Position numbers and translations under genes: made by a program. Below are positions 36,684-46,262 of a stretch of 64,000 nt of DNA, piece by piece. Each line of letters opens with the position of its first letter. The first letter of the stretch is position 1. The notes beneath the pieces are model-generated. The model was given only the letters and a program-made list of their open reading frames with translations. It made no database searches and had not been told where the DNA came from. Location of the stretch: positions 82,459 through 146,458 of IMG/VR virus record IMGVR_UViG_3300021387_000648. One strand, written 5' to 3'. The stretch comes from a virus. Its lineage: Duplodnaviria > Caudoviricetes.

Positions 36684-37176
36684 GAAACAGTATCAGCAAG
36701 ATGTGGATGGTTATGAGGAAGTAACCAAGGCTCTGATGAACATGGTCCGGAACTATCCGGGACTCCGCGAGGATGAGGTTGTCATGTTCAATACGGCAGA
36801 GCCGGAAAATGGGGTTACGGTATTTGCGACATCCGGTTCGTTCATCATGGATGACCATGAGAGCATAACCGGGCATGTTTGGCAGACCTGCCTGTATCCC
36901 TTTACGATCATTTATAGGGCTTCTGGATTGAACGAGCGCAGGAAGATTGAAGTTCAGGAATGGATGGACACCTTCGCAAAGTGGCTTACCAGACAGCCCG
37001 TGAATATAAATGAACACACAGAGTGGCTGAGTGACTGGCCGAAACTTACGGGAAACCGGAGAATCCGACAGATCAGCCGCCAAACGCCTGTCTACCTCAG
37101 TCAGGAGGAAGACAGCAAAGTAGAGAACTGGATCATGCAGCTGCAAATCCAGTATCTCAATGAATTTGACCGATGA
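36676..37176 (+). CDS. tail terminator/completion protein
   Basis: Position immediately before the tail-tube genes; YPFTIIYR. Confidence 0.55.
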   Translation: MAEKQYQQDVDGYEEVTKALMNMVRNYPGLREDEVVMFNTAEPENGVTVFATSGSFIMDDHESITGHVWQTCLYPFTIIYRASGLNERRKIEVQEWMDTFAKWLTRQPVNINEHTEWLSDWPKLTGNRRIRQISRQTPVYLSQEEDSKVENWIMQLQIQYLNEFDR

Positions 37177-37188
37177 GGTGATGCAGAT

Positions 37189-37761
37189 ATGCTTGAAAGA
37201 AAATATCTCGTTCATTACGTCAAGGTGCCGACCAATGTTGAAGACTACGCGGAGAAAATCGGCACCACAAACGAAAGTCAGATTCAGTGGACCTGGGTTC
37301 GCATCGGTCAGCACCTCGAAAACTTCGCTGAAGAAATGAACCCGCAGGTCGATATCCGGAAGAACATCTGGGGTTATCAGACCGCAATCCACAACGGGTA
37401 TCAGGTCAGCAGCAACGTGGACACCTTCTACGAGACTGACCATGAATCTGACAACGACTACTATCTGGACAAATTCCTCGAAGCGATCGTGCTCCATCGC
37501 TGGCAGGGTGACATGTGCAGGACCGAGCGCGTTGACGCCCGCGTCTCTCTGGATGTCATCACGGGTGGAGTGATCAGTTCTGAGGCCGGAAACCTTCTGT
37601 GGGCATGGAAAGAGGATTGCTACCTCGTTCCGCAGTCTCACGGCGGCGATACTTCCGGTGCGCAGATTCCGTTCCAGATCTCCAACCTTGGAAACAGGGA
37701 AGATGTGACGACCAAGTTTACTGTCACAAACAAAGTCATGGCAATTGCGTCTGGAAGCTGA
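37189..37761 (+). CDS. major tail tube protein, copy 1
   Basis: ERKYL.H, RIGQHLE..AEEMNPQV...NIWG, GGDTSG.QIPF. Confidence 0.75.
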   Translation: MLERKYLVHYVKVPTNVEDYAEKIGTTNESQIQWTWVRIGQHLENFAEEMNPQVDIRKNIWGYQTAIHNGYQVSSNVDTFYETDHESDNDYYLDKFLEAIVLHRWQGDMCRTERVDARVSLDVITGGVISSEAGNLLWAWKEDCYLVPQSHGGDTSGAQIPFQISNLGNREDVTTKFTVTNKVMAIASGS

Positions 37762-37790
37762 GCTCGCTTTACATCTGCAAAGCGAGGTGA

Positions 37791-38327
37791 GTGTCTTTGA
37801 TTGAAAGAAAGTATCTGGCGCATTTTATTGACGCAAATCACGTCTACACGCTTGACGCGAGCAACCTGCCGAACAACTTCACGACTTCAACGAACTACAC
37901 TCGCCTTGGCGAGCACCTTGAACAGTACAGCGAGGAACTGAATCCTCAGGTGGACGTTCACAGGAACATTCTCGGAGAGCCGTATGTGATTCACGCAGGA
38001 TACCAGCCGCAAAGCTCTGTAGATACTTTCTACGTCTCGAACAAGCCTACTGACGCAAACAAAGCGCTCAGCGATTGGATTCAGAATATTGTGCTCGAAC
38101 GTCTCACTGGAGACGATACGAGAACGACCATGATCGATGCAATGATCGACATGAGTGATCCGACCGGTCTTGCTGTTTGGGCGTACAAAGAGGACGTTCT
38201 TGTCGTGCCGCAGACCTTCGGCGGAGATACGTCCGGTATACAATCGCCTTTCCAGATCATCAAAGCCGGAAAGAGAGTGAAGGTGAAATTCAGCCTCTCC
38301 ACTCTGAAGATTACAGGATTGGCGTAG
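37791..38327 (+). CDS. major tail tube protein, copy 2
   Basis: ERKYLAH, RLGEHLE..SEELNPQV...NILG, GGDTSGIQSPF. Confidence 0.75.
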   Translation: MSLIERKYLAHFIDANHVYTLDASNLPNNFTTSTNYTRLGEHLEQYSEELNPQVDVHRNILGEPYVIHAGYQPQSSVDTFYVSNKPTDANKALSDWIQNIVLERLTGDDTRTTMIDAMIDMSDPTGLAVWAYKEDVLVVPQTFGGDTSGIQSPFQIIKAGKRVKVKFSLSTLKITGLA

Positions 38328-38339
38328 CAGTGTAGCTTG

Positions 38340-38368
38340 GGCCGGTTCTGATAAAGAATCGGCCTTTT
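38340..38368 (+). terminator. intrinsic terminator
   Basis: GGCCGGTTCT-GATAA-AGAATCGGCC-TTTT. Confidence 0.75.
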
Positions 38369-38413
38369 AGCTATTTGTAGGGAAAAACCGATTCAAGAGG
38401 AGGTAATTGAATC

Positions 38414-38917
38414 ATGGATGAGCGCAAAACCGCAAACCTGACGCCGGGTGAAGACGGCCTGTTCGTAGAAGACGGTTATATCAGGATACCGGTATATAAC
38501 CAACTTAAGGAACAGATTGGAACATTCAAGTTCAGCCCGACCGACGTCAACATCATCAACCGGTACAACGAAGTGGCAGACAAGTTTGGAACGGTCGTGA
38601 AACCGCTTAGAAACACAAGCATTGATCCGAACGGCGAGGCTGCGGACGACGATTCCGTCAGGGCTCTCAATGAGGCCGAGGATGCCATGATCGAACTGTT
38701 CGACTATCTGCTTGGCACCGACTCCAGAGAAGCGTTTTTCAGTCAGGTGCACGTTTTCACGCCGGTCAACGGCAACTTCTACTGTGAGAACGTCTTCAAG
38801 TCCATTGGGGCTTATCTGGAAAAGAAATTTCAAACTGAACTTAACAAGATCGATGCCCGAATCGATAAGCATGTGCACGGGTATCGAACTGGAAGACATA
38901 GACGCGGCGACCGATGA
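38414..38917 (+). CDS. tail assembly chaperone
   Basis: Position between tube and tape measure; F.F.PTD..I..R. Confidence 0.6.
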   Translation: MDERKTANLTPGEDGLFVEDGYIRIPVYNQLKEQIGTFKFSPTDVNIINRYNEVADKFGTVVKPLRNTSIDPNGEAADDDSVRALNEAEDAMIELFDYLLGTDSREAFFSQVHVFTPVNGNFYCENVFKSIGAYLEKKFQTELNKIDARIDKHVHGYRTGRHRRGDR

Positions 38918-39483
38918 ACTATCGGCTTCCGCAAACTCTCACCGTAAACGGACGGGAAGAGCCGATCCGGTGGGAGTATACAGCAGTTCTGGATGCTATT
39001 GCGGCACTTAATGACGGGGACCTTGAAGACTCGGAAAAGGTCCTCGCTTTTTTGTGGATTATCTACGAGAACTTTGAGCACTTCCACAGAGAAGACTATG
39101 CGCCTGCATTTGAGGCAGCTATGAACTTTGTGAACAACGATCTTGATGAACAGAAAAAAGACAACATCAAGATGGTCGACTTTGAACAGGACTTCAGGCT
39201 GATTGTCTCGGCGATCAACCGCGTGTCGGGAAAAGAGATCCGGGATGAGGACGACGTCCACTGGTGGACCTTCCTGTCGTGGTTTATGGAAATCGGAGAA
39301 TGCACCTATTCAACGGTACTGAATATCCGAAGCAAAAGAGCAAAGGGCAAGAAACTGGAGCCTTGGGAAAAAGAATTCTTTGAAGAAAACAAAGACATCG
39401 TGCTGCTGCATCCGAAGCTTACGGCGGAAGAGCGCAGACAGCTTGAAGAGGATGAACGCATACTGAAAGAACTGCTTGGATAA
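38914..39483 (+). CDS. Gp15-family tail assembly chaperone
   Basis: LPQTLTVNG, DFEQD..LI.SA, HWWTFLSWF. Confidence 0.8.
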   Translation: MNYRLPQTLTVNGREEPIRWEYTAVLDAIAALNDGDLEDSEKVLAFLWIIYENFEHFHREDYAPAFEAAMNFVNNDLDEQKKDNIKMVDFEQDFRLIVSAINRVSGKEIRDEDDVHWWTFLSWFMEIGECTYSTVLNIRSKRAKGKKLEPWEKEFFEENKDIVLLHPKLTAEERRQLEEDERILKELLG

Positions 39484-39506
39484 AAAAGCAAAGGTGGTGA
39501 TGGCTT

Positions 39507-41954
39507 GTGGAAGATGCGATTACAGTAATGGCGAATCTATCCACAAAAGGCTTTGAAAAAGGCACAAAAGAAATGACGCAGGCGATCAAGTCGCTGACCA
39601 GAACCGCGAAGTCTTTTGGTAGAACAATGCTTTCCACGATCGTCGGTGTCGGCTCGGTTATTGGTGTTCTGACGAAGTCCATCAGCACCTACATGTCACA
39701 GAATGAAGCGCTCAGTCAAAGGATGAACGCGATCTGGACGGCTCTCGGAAATGTACTCGGTCCTATCATCGAGCAGATTATTGAGTGGATTTCCACAGCG
39801 GTATCGTATTTTCTTGGATTCCTGCAATTACTTGGTGTTACCGGAAAGTCTGCTTCCGAACTGTCGAAGCAGGCAAAGAAGAATACGCAGGAACTTCAGA
39901 GAACCTTGCTTGGGTTCGATGAACTGAATGTTTTGCAGGACAATACGCAGCAAGATAAAAGCAACCCATTGCGGGACCTTGAACCGTCCGAGTTCATGAA
40001 GAAGATTGCCGACCTGCTGAAAAACGGAATGTTTGAAGAGGCCGGAAGAGAGCTTGCGCGAAAACTGAATGAGATGATAGCAAAGATCCCGTGGGGAGAA
40101 CTTGGCGCAAAGCTCAGATACTACTTCATGGGGCTCCTCGATCTGCTTTATGGGTTCGTCGATGAATTCGACTGGAAGGCGCTTGGCGCAGGAATCAGGG
40201 ACTTTATTGTAAACCTGTTTTCAAATCCTCAGGAGATTGCAGAGAAGATCATGCGGCTGATCAAAGCTGCATGGGATGCGGTGCTTGATTTTATCTGGGG
40301 CCTGTTCTGGGGCGATACGGAAGAGGAACCCCCTCTGATTGCAGCCTTCAGAAAGCTCGGCGATAAGATCTATGAGCTGGCTCAGGATATTCTTCCGATA
40401 CTGGAAAGGCTGTATAACGACTTCATAAAACCGACTATAGACTGGCTGGTAAATGAGGCGCTTCCGAAAGTTGTAGACTTTCTTACGAAGGTCGTAGATA
40501 AGATCGATGCGTGGATCAATAAGAATCCGGACAAAGCGGTAGAGCTCTTGAAAGGTGCTGTAGAACTGCTGATCGGTCTGAAAGTTGGTGCGTGGTTTAG
40601 GGATCTGATTACCGGAGCGACGAACGCAATCAAGCCGGTTACAGACCTCGTAAAGGCTCTTGCAGGGGGCGGCGCTGGCGGTGCGGCTGGCGGTGCCGGA
40701 GCAGCCGGAAGTAGTGTTGCAGGAGCTTCCACTGCAGCATCTACGGGGGCGGCTGGCGCTGCATCAGCAATTGGCGTTTTGGGCGCTGCGGCTGGCGGTG
40801 CTGCTGCTGGACTTGGAGTTTATGCTGTTTCTTTGTGGGATGCAAAACTCAGTTCGGATTATGCCAAAGAAGCGATGGATGAGACGGGCGGCTCTGTCGA
40901 ACTGATGGCGCAGAAGATGAACGAATTCCAAGTGACCGCAAGTCATTTGGATGAGTGTATGAACGACACCACCGGATACACTACCGCACTTGGATGGAGC
41001 ATGCAGGAAAGCAGATATGCTATGGAAGCATATAACGAATTCCTGCCGATCCTCGCCGAACAGCTTGGACTTACCACAGAACAGCTTCAAGCTCAGATTG
41101 AAGCCGCAGGCGGAGACGTTACGAAGATCGAAGCCCTCGGGAATGCGATGGCTACTTCCGCGCAGGCGATGGAAGAAAACCGGGAGTCGATTGCGAAAAC
41201 CAATGAGGAGTACAAAACCACATCTGGCGAAATCACGCAAAACGCTCAGGAAATGGCTGCTGGCGTAAACGCTGCGACCGAGGAGATCAAGACTCAGACG
41301 GAAGCCAACACGGCAGCGGCAAACACTGCGGCAACCCAAAACGCAGAGGCTATGAATCAGAACGTGTCTGGACAGTACAGCGAACTGGAAGGCGAGGCGG
41401 CGACCCACGCTGAAAACATTCTGACAAAGACCGATTCAACATTCCAGCAGGTAGCAGGAAACGCAAGCATCTGGGGCTCAGATATGGTAGGCAACTTTAT
41501 TTATGGTATTCAGTCGCAGATGCCAGCGCTCGAAGCACAGCTTCAGGCAATCGCGAATATGATCAACGCCTACATCCACTTCACAAAGCCTGACAAGGGA
41601 CCTCTGGCGGACTTTGACACCTATGGCCCTGACATGATCAAGGAATTCGTCGGCGGCATTGAAAGCCAAAAGGGAAAGCTGGAACAGGCTATGACGGACA
41701 TTGCGGAAACCGTATCGTTCCGGATGCCTGCTGTTGCGGGCGGCTCTGTTGTCCCGTACAGCGTGTCCAGCGCTGGCGGAGGCTCTGGCGGAGCGGACCT
41801 TGGAAGCATGATGGAACGGTTCATGTCTGCACTGGATACCTTCGAGGATTCAATCCAGAACATGCAGCTTGTCGCCCAGTTCGGCAGTTTCCGTGTCATC
41901 GCGGAGGCAGTGGAAAAAGAGATGCGGCGAAAAGCGAGATCCGAAGGGAGGTAA
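39507..41954 (+). CDS. tail tape measure protein
   Basis: Helical Ala/Gly-rich, LLGFDELNVL, HFTKPDKGPL. Confidence 0.85.
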   Translation: MEDAITVMANLSTKGFEKGTKEMTQAIKSLTRTAKSFGRTMLSTIVGVGSVIGVLTKSISTYMSQNEALSQRMNAIWTALGNVLGPIIEQIIEWISTAVSYFLGFLQLLGVTGKSASELSKQAKKNTQELQRTLLGFDELNVLQDNTQQDKSNPLRDLEPSEFMKKIADLLKNGMFEEAGRELARKLNEMIAKIPWGELGAKLRYYFMGLLDLLYGFVDEFDWKALGAGIRDFIVNLFSNPQEIAEKIMRLIKAAWDAVLDFIWGLFWGDTEEEPPLIAAFRKLGDKIYELAQDILPILERLYNDFIKPTIDWLVNEALPKVVDFLTKVVDKIDAWINKNPDKAVELLKGAVELLIGLKVGAWFRDLITGATNAIKPVTDLVKALAGGGAGGAAGGAGAAGSSVAGASTAASTGAAGAASAIGVLGAAAGGAAAGLGVYAVSLWDAKLSSDYAKEAMDETGGSVELMAQKMNEFQVTASHLDECMNDTTGYTTALGWSMQESRYAMEAYNEFLPILAEQLGLTTEQLQAQIEAAGGDVTKIEALGNAMATSAQAMEENRESIAKTNEEYKTTSGEITQNAQEMAAGVNAATEEIKTQTEANTAAANTAATQNAEAMNQNVSGQYSELEGEAATHAENILTKTDSTFQQVAGNASIWGSDMVGNFIYGIQSQMPALEAQLQAIANMINAYIHFTKPDKGPLADFDTYGPDMIKEFVGGIESQKGKLEQAMTDIAETVSFRMPAVAGGSVVPYSVSSAGGGSGGADLGSMMERFMSALDTFEDSIQNMQLVAQFGSFRVIAEAVEKEMRRKARSEGR

Positions 41955-41960
41955 TAGTCA

Positions 41961-42338
41961 ATGACGGCAAAACAGAATAGCTATTACTTCTATATCGGGA
42001 ACATCAATATTGCACCGTTCATTGAAGAATTCAAGTGGGAATACAACGATGTAGACGCGCCCAAATCCGGGCGTACACTTGACGCGGTCATGCACAGAGG
42101 AAGGGTGACGGACAAGCGGAAGATCTCAATCAAGCTTGTGCCGGTAACCCTTGCCCAGTGCACGAAGATCATATCAGCGCTGAGGACGCAGTATATAGGC
42201 ATTAATACCAACATGCTTCCGGAAGGAGCCGTGTCATTCACCGCTTATAACAGTTCAAGAAACGGCGGCATTGGATTCATCGACACGAGCGGCGCGGTGA
42301 TGAACCGGGACGTATCATTCAATATCATCGAGAGATAA
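41961..42338 (+). CDS. distal tail protein-like
   Basis: D...SGRTLDAVMHR...VSFNIIER; follows the tape measure gene. Confidence 0.65.
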   Translation: MTAKQNSYYFYIGNINIAPFIEEFKWEYNDVDAPKSGRTLDAVMHRGRVTDKRKISIKLVPVTLAQCTKIISALRTQYIGINTNMLPEGAVSFTAYNSSRNGGIGFIDTSGAVMNRDVSFNIIER

Positions 42339-42353
42339 AAGCGAGGTGGACCG

Positions 42354-43100
42354 ATGCAAGAGGTAAACTCCACCTACCGAGAAATATTTGACAGCGGAGA
42401 TTATATCTCCGAGGCCTATGTGGTTATAAACGGAGTAACGTACCAGCAATCAAAGCTCTATAGCATGTGCACACGAAAGAAGCTCTTCAAAGAGAAAAAG
42501 CCCATGTTCGGAAATGCGATTGCAGGTGAGATTGAGATTTCGATGGAAGACCCGGAACGGGAGATCCCGCGCGGGGCTTCCATCAAACCGTATTTCCGGC
42601 TGAGAAGCGGAAACAAGGTATCTCCGTGGTACCAGAAGGGCGAATTCTTCATCAATACCAGAGAAGCAGACGACGAAACAGGACGGCTTGAAATCTACGG
42701 CTACGATGCTTTGCGAAAAGCGGAAAGGGACTACCCGTCATCCACCCTGTCGTGGACAGCAACAAGCCCGAACGCTTACGCCGTCGTCAAAGAAATCGTC
42801 GCGCACATGTTCGGAGTCTCGTATTCAACAGTCAACGGCAGACCGACAAACTATATTGAGCAGGACACCATAACAAAGCTGCAAGCGGCAACGCATATCA
42901 TCGGATTCCCTGCACAGTATACGATGCGGGAAGTTCTGGAAAGCATTGCGACCATGTACGGTGGCAACTTCATCATGTCCGATACCGGCAAGCTCAGCCT
43001 CGTCGGATTTGTCGATATGCTGGAAGAGACCTTCTATCTTATTACGGAGAACGGAAGACGAATTACCTTCGGCGGAACAAGAATTCTGCTAAGGGCGTGA
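42354..43100 (+). CDS. baseplate/tail protein
   Basis: KGEFFI..R, GYDA, YTMREVLESIA..GGNF. Confidence 0.6.
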   Translation: MQEVNSTYREIFDSGDYISEAYVVINGVTYQQSKLYSMCTRKKLFKEKKPMFGNAIAGEIEISMEDPEREIPRGASIKPYFRLRSGNKVSPWYQKGEFFINTREADDETGRLEIYGYDALRKAERDYPSSTLSWTATSPNAYAVVKEIVAHMFGVSYSTVNGRPTNYIEQDTITKLQAATHIIGFPAQYTMREVLESIATMYGGNFIMSDTGKLSLVGFVDMLEETFYLITENGRRITFGGTRILLRA

Positions 43101-43117
43101 AAGGAGATTGATGCGGA

Positions 43118-45109
43118 ATGTCTGACAGCGTAACATTGGAATACGGGGCAGGTCAATTCAGCACCTCTCCAAAATTCGCGCCCTATGACATGATTATCCT
43201 TGCTCTGGATGAGAACAACTACATCTCAAGCCCGGGTGCGAAGATCCTTGAAGTAACCGATTCATCCGCCATGACTGATACCTCGAAAAGCTACGCCTAC
43301 ACAGGAAGTGAAAGAGGCTATACGGCAAACAAGTGGTATTCCTACAGCGGCAGCGCATGGGTTGCTGGAAGCAACTACACACCGTGGGCCAACCGGAATA
43401 CGGGGACATACACCTTCACATGGAATACGACGCAAAACAAGTGGCGGTACAACACTTCGAGCACCTACTACACGACGGAGCAACTGTACTCCACCTACGG
43501 CATAGAGGTCCACTTCGCAAGCGTAACCGGATTCACAGACCAGCCAAAAGCCGGGGACGTGATTACGGTTGTGCTGATCAAGACGACAGACTCGAACGTC
43601 AATGACAAACAGAACGTTTCTTTGAACATCACCATGACCAGAAGCGGCACCTGCATGGAAGCGGCGTGCCCTCTGGTCAAACCAGCAGAACGTCAGTCCG
43701 TGGCGGACAACCTTCTGAAAGACCTTTATGGCTATGAGTATCAGCCGTATTCGGCGACAACAGCGATTGTAGACCCCGCTGCGGAGATCGGCGATGCAAT
43801 CCATGCTTACGGATACTACAGCGGAATCTACGAGCAGGAATTGACCTTCGACTCCATGATGGCGTCGGATATCGGGGCCCCGTGGGAAGAAGAGGTCGAC
43901 AACGAACTGGAATACGAGTCAAGCACGGACCGCAACTACAAACGGAAGTTCGCTGACATTGCGGCGGAGTTTCTGATTAAGGCCGACGAGATTTCCGCAC
44001 GGGTTACCAAAGAAGGTGCGGGGGACGGCTTTAGCTGGTCTCTGGTATACGACAGTTGGACGGTCAAAAAAGGAAATACAGAGGTCCTGAAGGTCGATGC
44101 GAACGGGCTTCATGTCACTGGCGATGGTACGTTCACAGGAACGATTTATGCGAACGCCGGTGAGTTTACCGGTGACATCAAAGGCGGCACCATCCATATT
44201 GGAAACAACTTTTCTGTTGACATCAACGGAAACATGAGCGCGTCGAACGCCTCATTCAGCGGGTCAATTTCCGGTTCTACCATAACAGGCGGCTCTATCA
44301 ATATTGGAGAGAACGGAAGCGGCGGATATAACTTTAGCGTGGACCAAAACGGAAATCTTTCAGCAAACAATGGTACGTTTGCTGGGAGTGTGTATGCGAA
44401 AAACGTTGTATGGAGTCAAACTAATGCTTCATACGGTACTTTCAGTGGCGGTGGAATTACTCCAAGTTCAATTTATGGCACAGATACCGGTCCTCTCGTA
44501 GAAGCGGTTAGGCAGAGGCTTTCTTGGGCCAATGACTATAACAACGCGACCGGACAGAATACAACGAATTTTCCTGCATATTTTAGAGCGGGGCACTTTA
44601 CGACTCCAAACAGCTATTACGGTCCATCGTTCATTATTTCAAACAGCAATGGATACAATGAGATACACTTGGAGTCGCATTACCATACATTTACAGAGAG
44701 CAATGGCACCATCAAAATCGGCGGACCGTCCCTGACACAAGGGTCTTTTAATATAGCCGATACCAAGACATATAAGGACATGGTATCGGCGCTTACTGTT
44801 TCGTCCTCACGGTCTACCGTTACTGCAAACGAGAGCAGCGATGGCAAGTTCTATAACATCAATGTAGTTCTAAAAAATGCGGCAGGAAACCAAATCACAA
44901 CTTTAGGTGGTAGTTCTGGAACGGGTGTCTGGTCAAATGGCTATAGTGCAGGAGCACAAGATGTTAAAAATAGTGTATATGCCACACTATCTAATAGCGG
45001 ATGGGAAGACCACGGATCTTATGCGTCGATTACTTATTATGCGAAAGCTTGGTATGGAAACACTCAACTTGGCATCACCCAATCTGGAACAGCAAAGTGG
45101 AATTATTGA
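43118..45109 (+). CDS. tail tip/spike protein
   Basis: YQPY...DPAAEIGD baseplate-hub motif; G-x-I/F beta-helix-like repeats (FSVD.NGN). Confidence 0.65.
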   Translation: MSDSVTLEYGAGQFSTSPKFAPYDMIILALDENNYISSPGAKILEVTDSSAMTDTSKSYAYTGSERGYTANKWYSYSGSAWVAGSNYTPWANRNTGTYTFTWNTTQNKWRYNTSSTYYTTEQLYSTYGIEVHFASVTGFTDQPKAGDVITVVLIKTTDSNVNDKQNVSLNITMTRSGTCMEAACPLVKPAERQSVADNLLKDLYGYEYQPYSATTAIVDPAAEIGDAIHAYGYYSGIYEQELTFDSMMASDIGAPWEEEVDNELEYESSTDRNYKRKFADIAAEFLIKADEISARVTKEGAGDGFSWSLVYDSWTVKKGNTEVLKVDANGLHVTGDGTFTGTIYANAGEFTGDIKGGTIHIGNNFSVDINGNMSASNASFSGSISGSTITGGSINIGENGSGGYNFSVDQNGNLSANNGTFAGSVYAKNVVWSQTNASYGTFSGGGITPSSIYGTDTGPLVEAVRQRLSWANDYNNATGQNTTNFPAYFRAGHFTTPNSYYGPSFIISNSNGYNEIHLESHYHTFTESNGTIKIGGPSLTQGSFNIADTKTYKDMVSALTVSSSRSTVTANESSDGKFYNINVVLKNAAGNQITTLGGSSGTGVWSNGYSAGAQDVKNSVYATLSNSGWEDHGSYASITYYAKAWYGNTQLGITQSGTAKWNY

Positions 45110-45131
45110 CAATAAGAGATAAGGGGAAATA

Positions 45132-45407
45132 GTGGTGACACTGAAAGCAAAAAACGGGAACGAATACGAATGCGACCTTTGTATCGAAAGCCGCAGCACG
45201 CAACGGCTGTACATTCATTTTGTTGGCATGACGCTGATGGAGGCGGTCATGCTTTTCGGCGGTCAGAACGTTCTGCCGTTTGAAGGATATCCGGAATATG
45301 TTGTTCTGGAATCAATTTCGGACGCGGTTGGCGGCGTCAATGTGGACCTGAAAAAGCGGGAAATCATAGAAGAACAAACGGAGGTAGAACATGGCGAAGA
45401 AGAATAA
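45132..45407 (+). CDS. hypothetical protein
   Basis: AAGGGG RBS, GTG start. Confidence 0.6.
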   Translation: MVTLKAKNGNEYECDLCIESRSTQRLYIHFVGMTLMEAVMLFGGQNVLPFEGYPEYVVLESISDAVGGVNVDLKKREIIEEQTEVEHGEEE

Positions 45408-45627
45408 GTATTGCATGATTGAGAAGGGTTTGCTTGCAAACCTGATCGTCACATTGAAGCAACTGAATGTGCAGGGCTACGACAGCATGAACATGCTTGT
45501 CGGCTGCGTGTCCTTGCTTTCCGGAATGTATGAAAATGGCGTAGTTGGAGCTGCGCCGGGTGACTTTGTTTTTGAAAAGAACGAAGGACCTGAAAAAGTG
45601 GAAGAAGACTCCGAAGAGGAGGGATAA
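45391..45627 (+). CDS. hypothetical protein
   Basis: GGAGG RBS. Confidence 0.6.
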   Translation: MAKKNKYCMIEKGLLANLIVTLKQLNVQGYDSMNMLVGCVSLLSGMYENGVVGAAPGDFVFEKNEGPEKVEEDSEEEG

Positions 45628-45630
45628 TGT

Positions 45631-46248
45631 ATGGCTGATGCCGCGATAAGCTCTCTTGCTGCTGCTGAAAATATAGGTAACGCTGACCTGTTCGTACTGG
45701 AACAGAACGGGCAGGCCAAGAAACTGAGCGGCGCGACTCTTGCAAGCTTCATCAACCGCGATGTTATGTCGGTCACGGTCAATGAGCTCCTGACGACAGA
45801 ATCTCCAAGCGTGGACTATGACCTGATTACCGGCGCTCTGATCCTCGGAATCCCGAAAGGAAACAGCATCGTCCGTGCCTACGTGGACAACAATTATCAG
45901 CTGATCATGGAGTGGGCGGACGGCACGACAACCTCCGTTGGTACCGTGCAGGGTGAAACCGGTAAATCGGCTTATGCCTATGCGGTAGAGCAGGGATACA
46001 CGGGCTCGGAAACGGACTTCGCAACGCTGCAAATCAATCTGTACAACGCTTCCTTGAACGAGGATGAGCGCGTACAGGCTGAAAACGAACGCAAGACCGA
46101 GTACGCCTACATGATTCAGCGAATGAACGATAAAATTGCCGCTATGGACGCATTGGTTAATAAGGCCGATGCGTCCGTGTCCGGTACTACCCTGATAATC
46201 ACAAGACTTGGCACGTCAGTCGTCGATACCACACTGATGATTGCCTGA
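45631..46248 (+). CDS. tail fibre-associated protein
   Basis: ADAAISSL...LFVLEQNGQAKK N-terminus; GKSAYAYAVEQGYTGSE motif. Confidence 0.65.
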   Translation: MADAAISSLAAAENIGNADLFVLEQNGQAKKLSGATLASFINRDVMSVTVNELLTTESPSVDYDLITGALILGIPKGNSIVRAYVDNNYQLIMEWADGTTTSVGTVQGETGKSAYAYAVEQGYTGSETDFATLQINLYNASLNEDERVQAENERKTEYAYMIQRMNDKIAAMDALVNKADASVSGTTLIITRLGTSVVDTTLMIA

Positions 46249-46262
46249 TGTGAGGTGAAAGC

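Noticed and set aside
38414-39483. Programmed frameshift between the tail chaperones
   Set aside because: The genes overlap by ATGA, consistent with translational coupling, and no convincing slippery heptamer lies near the first stop.
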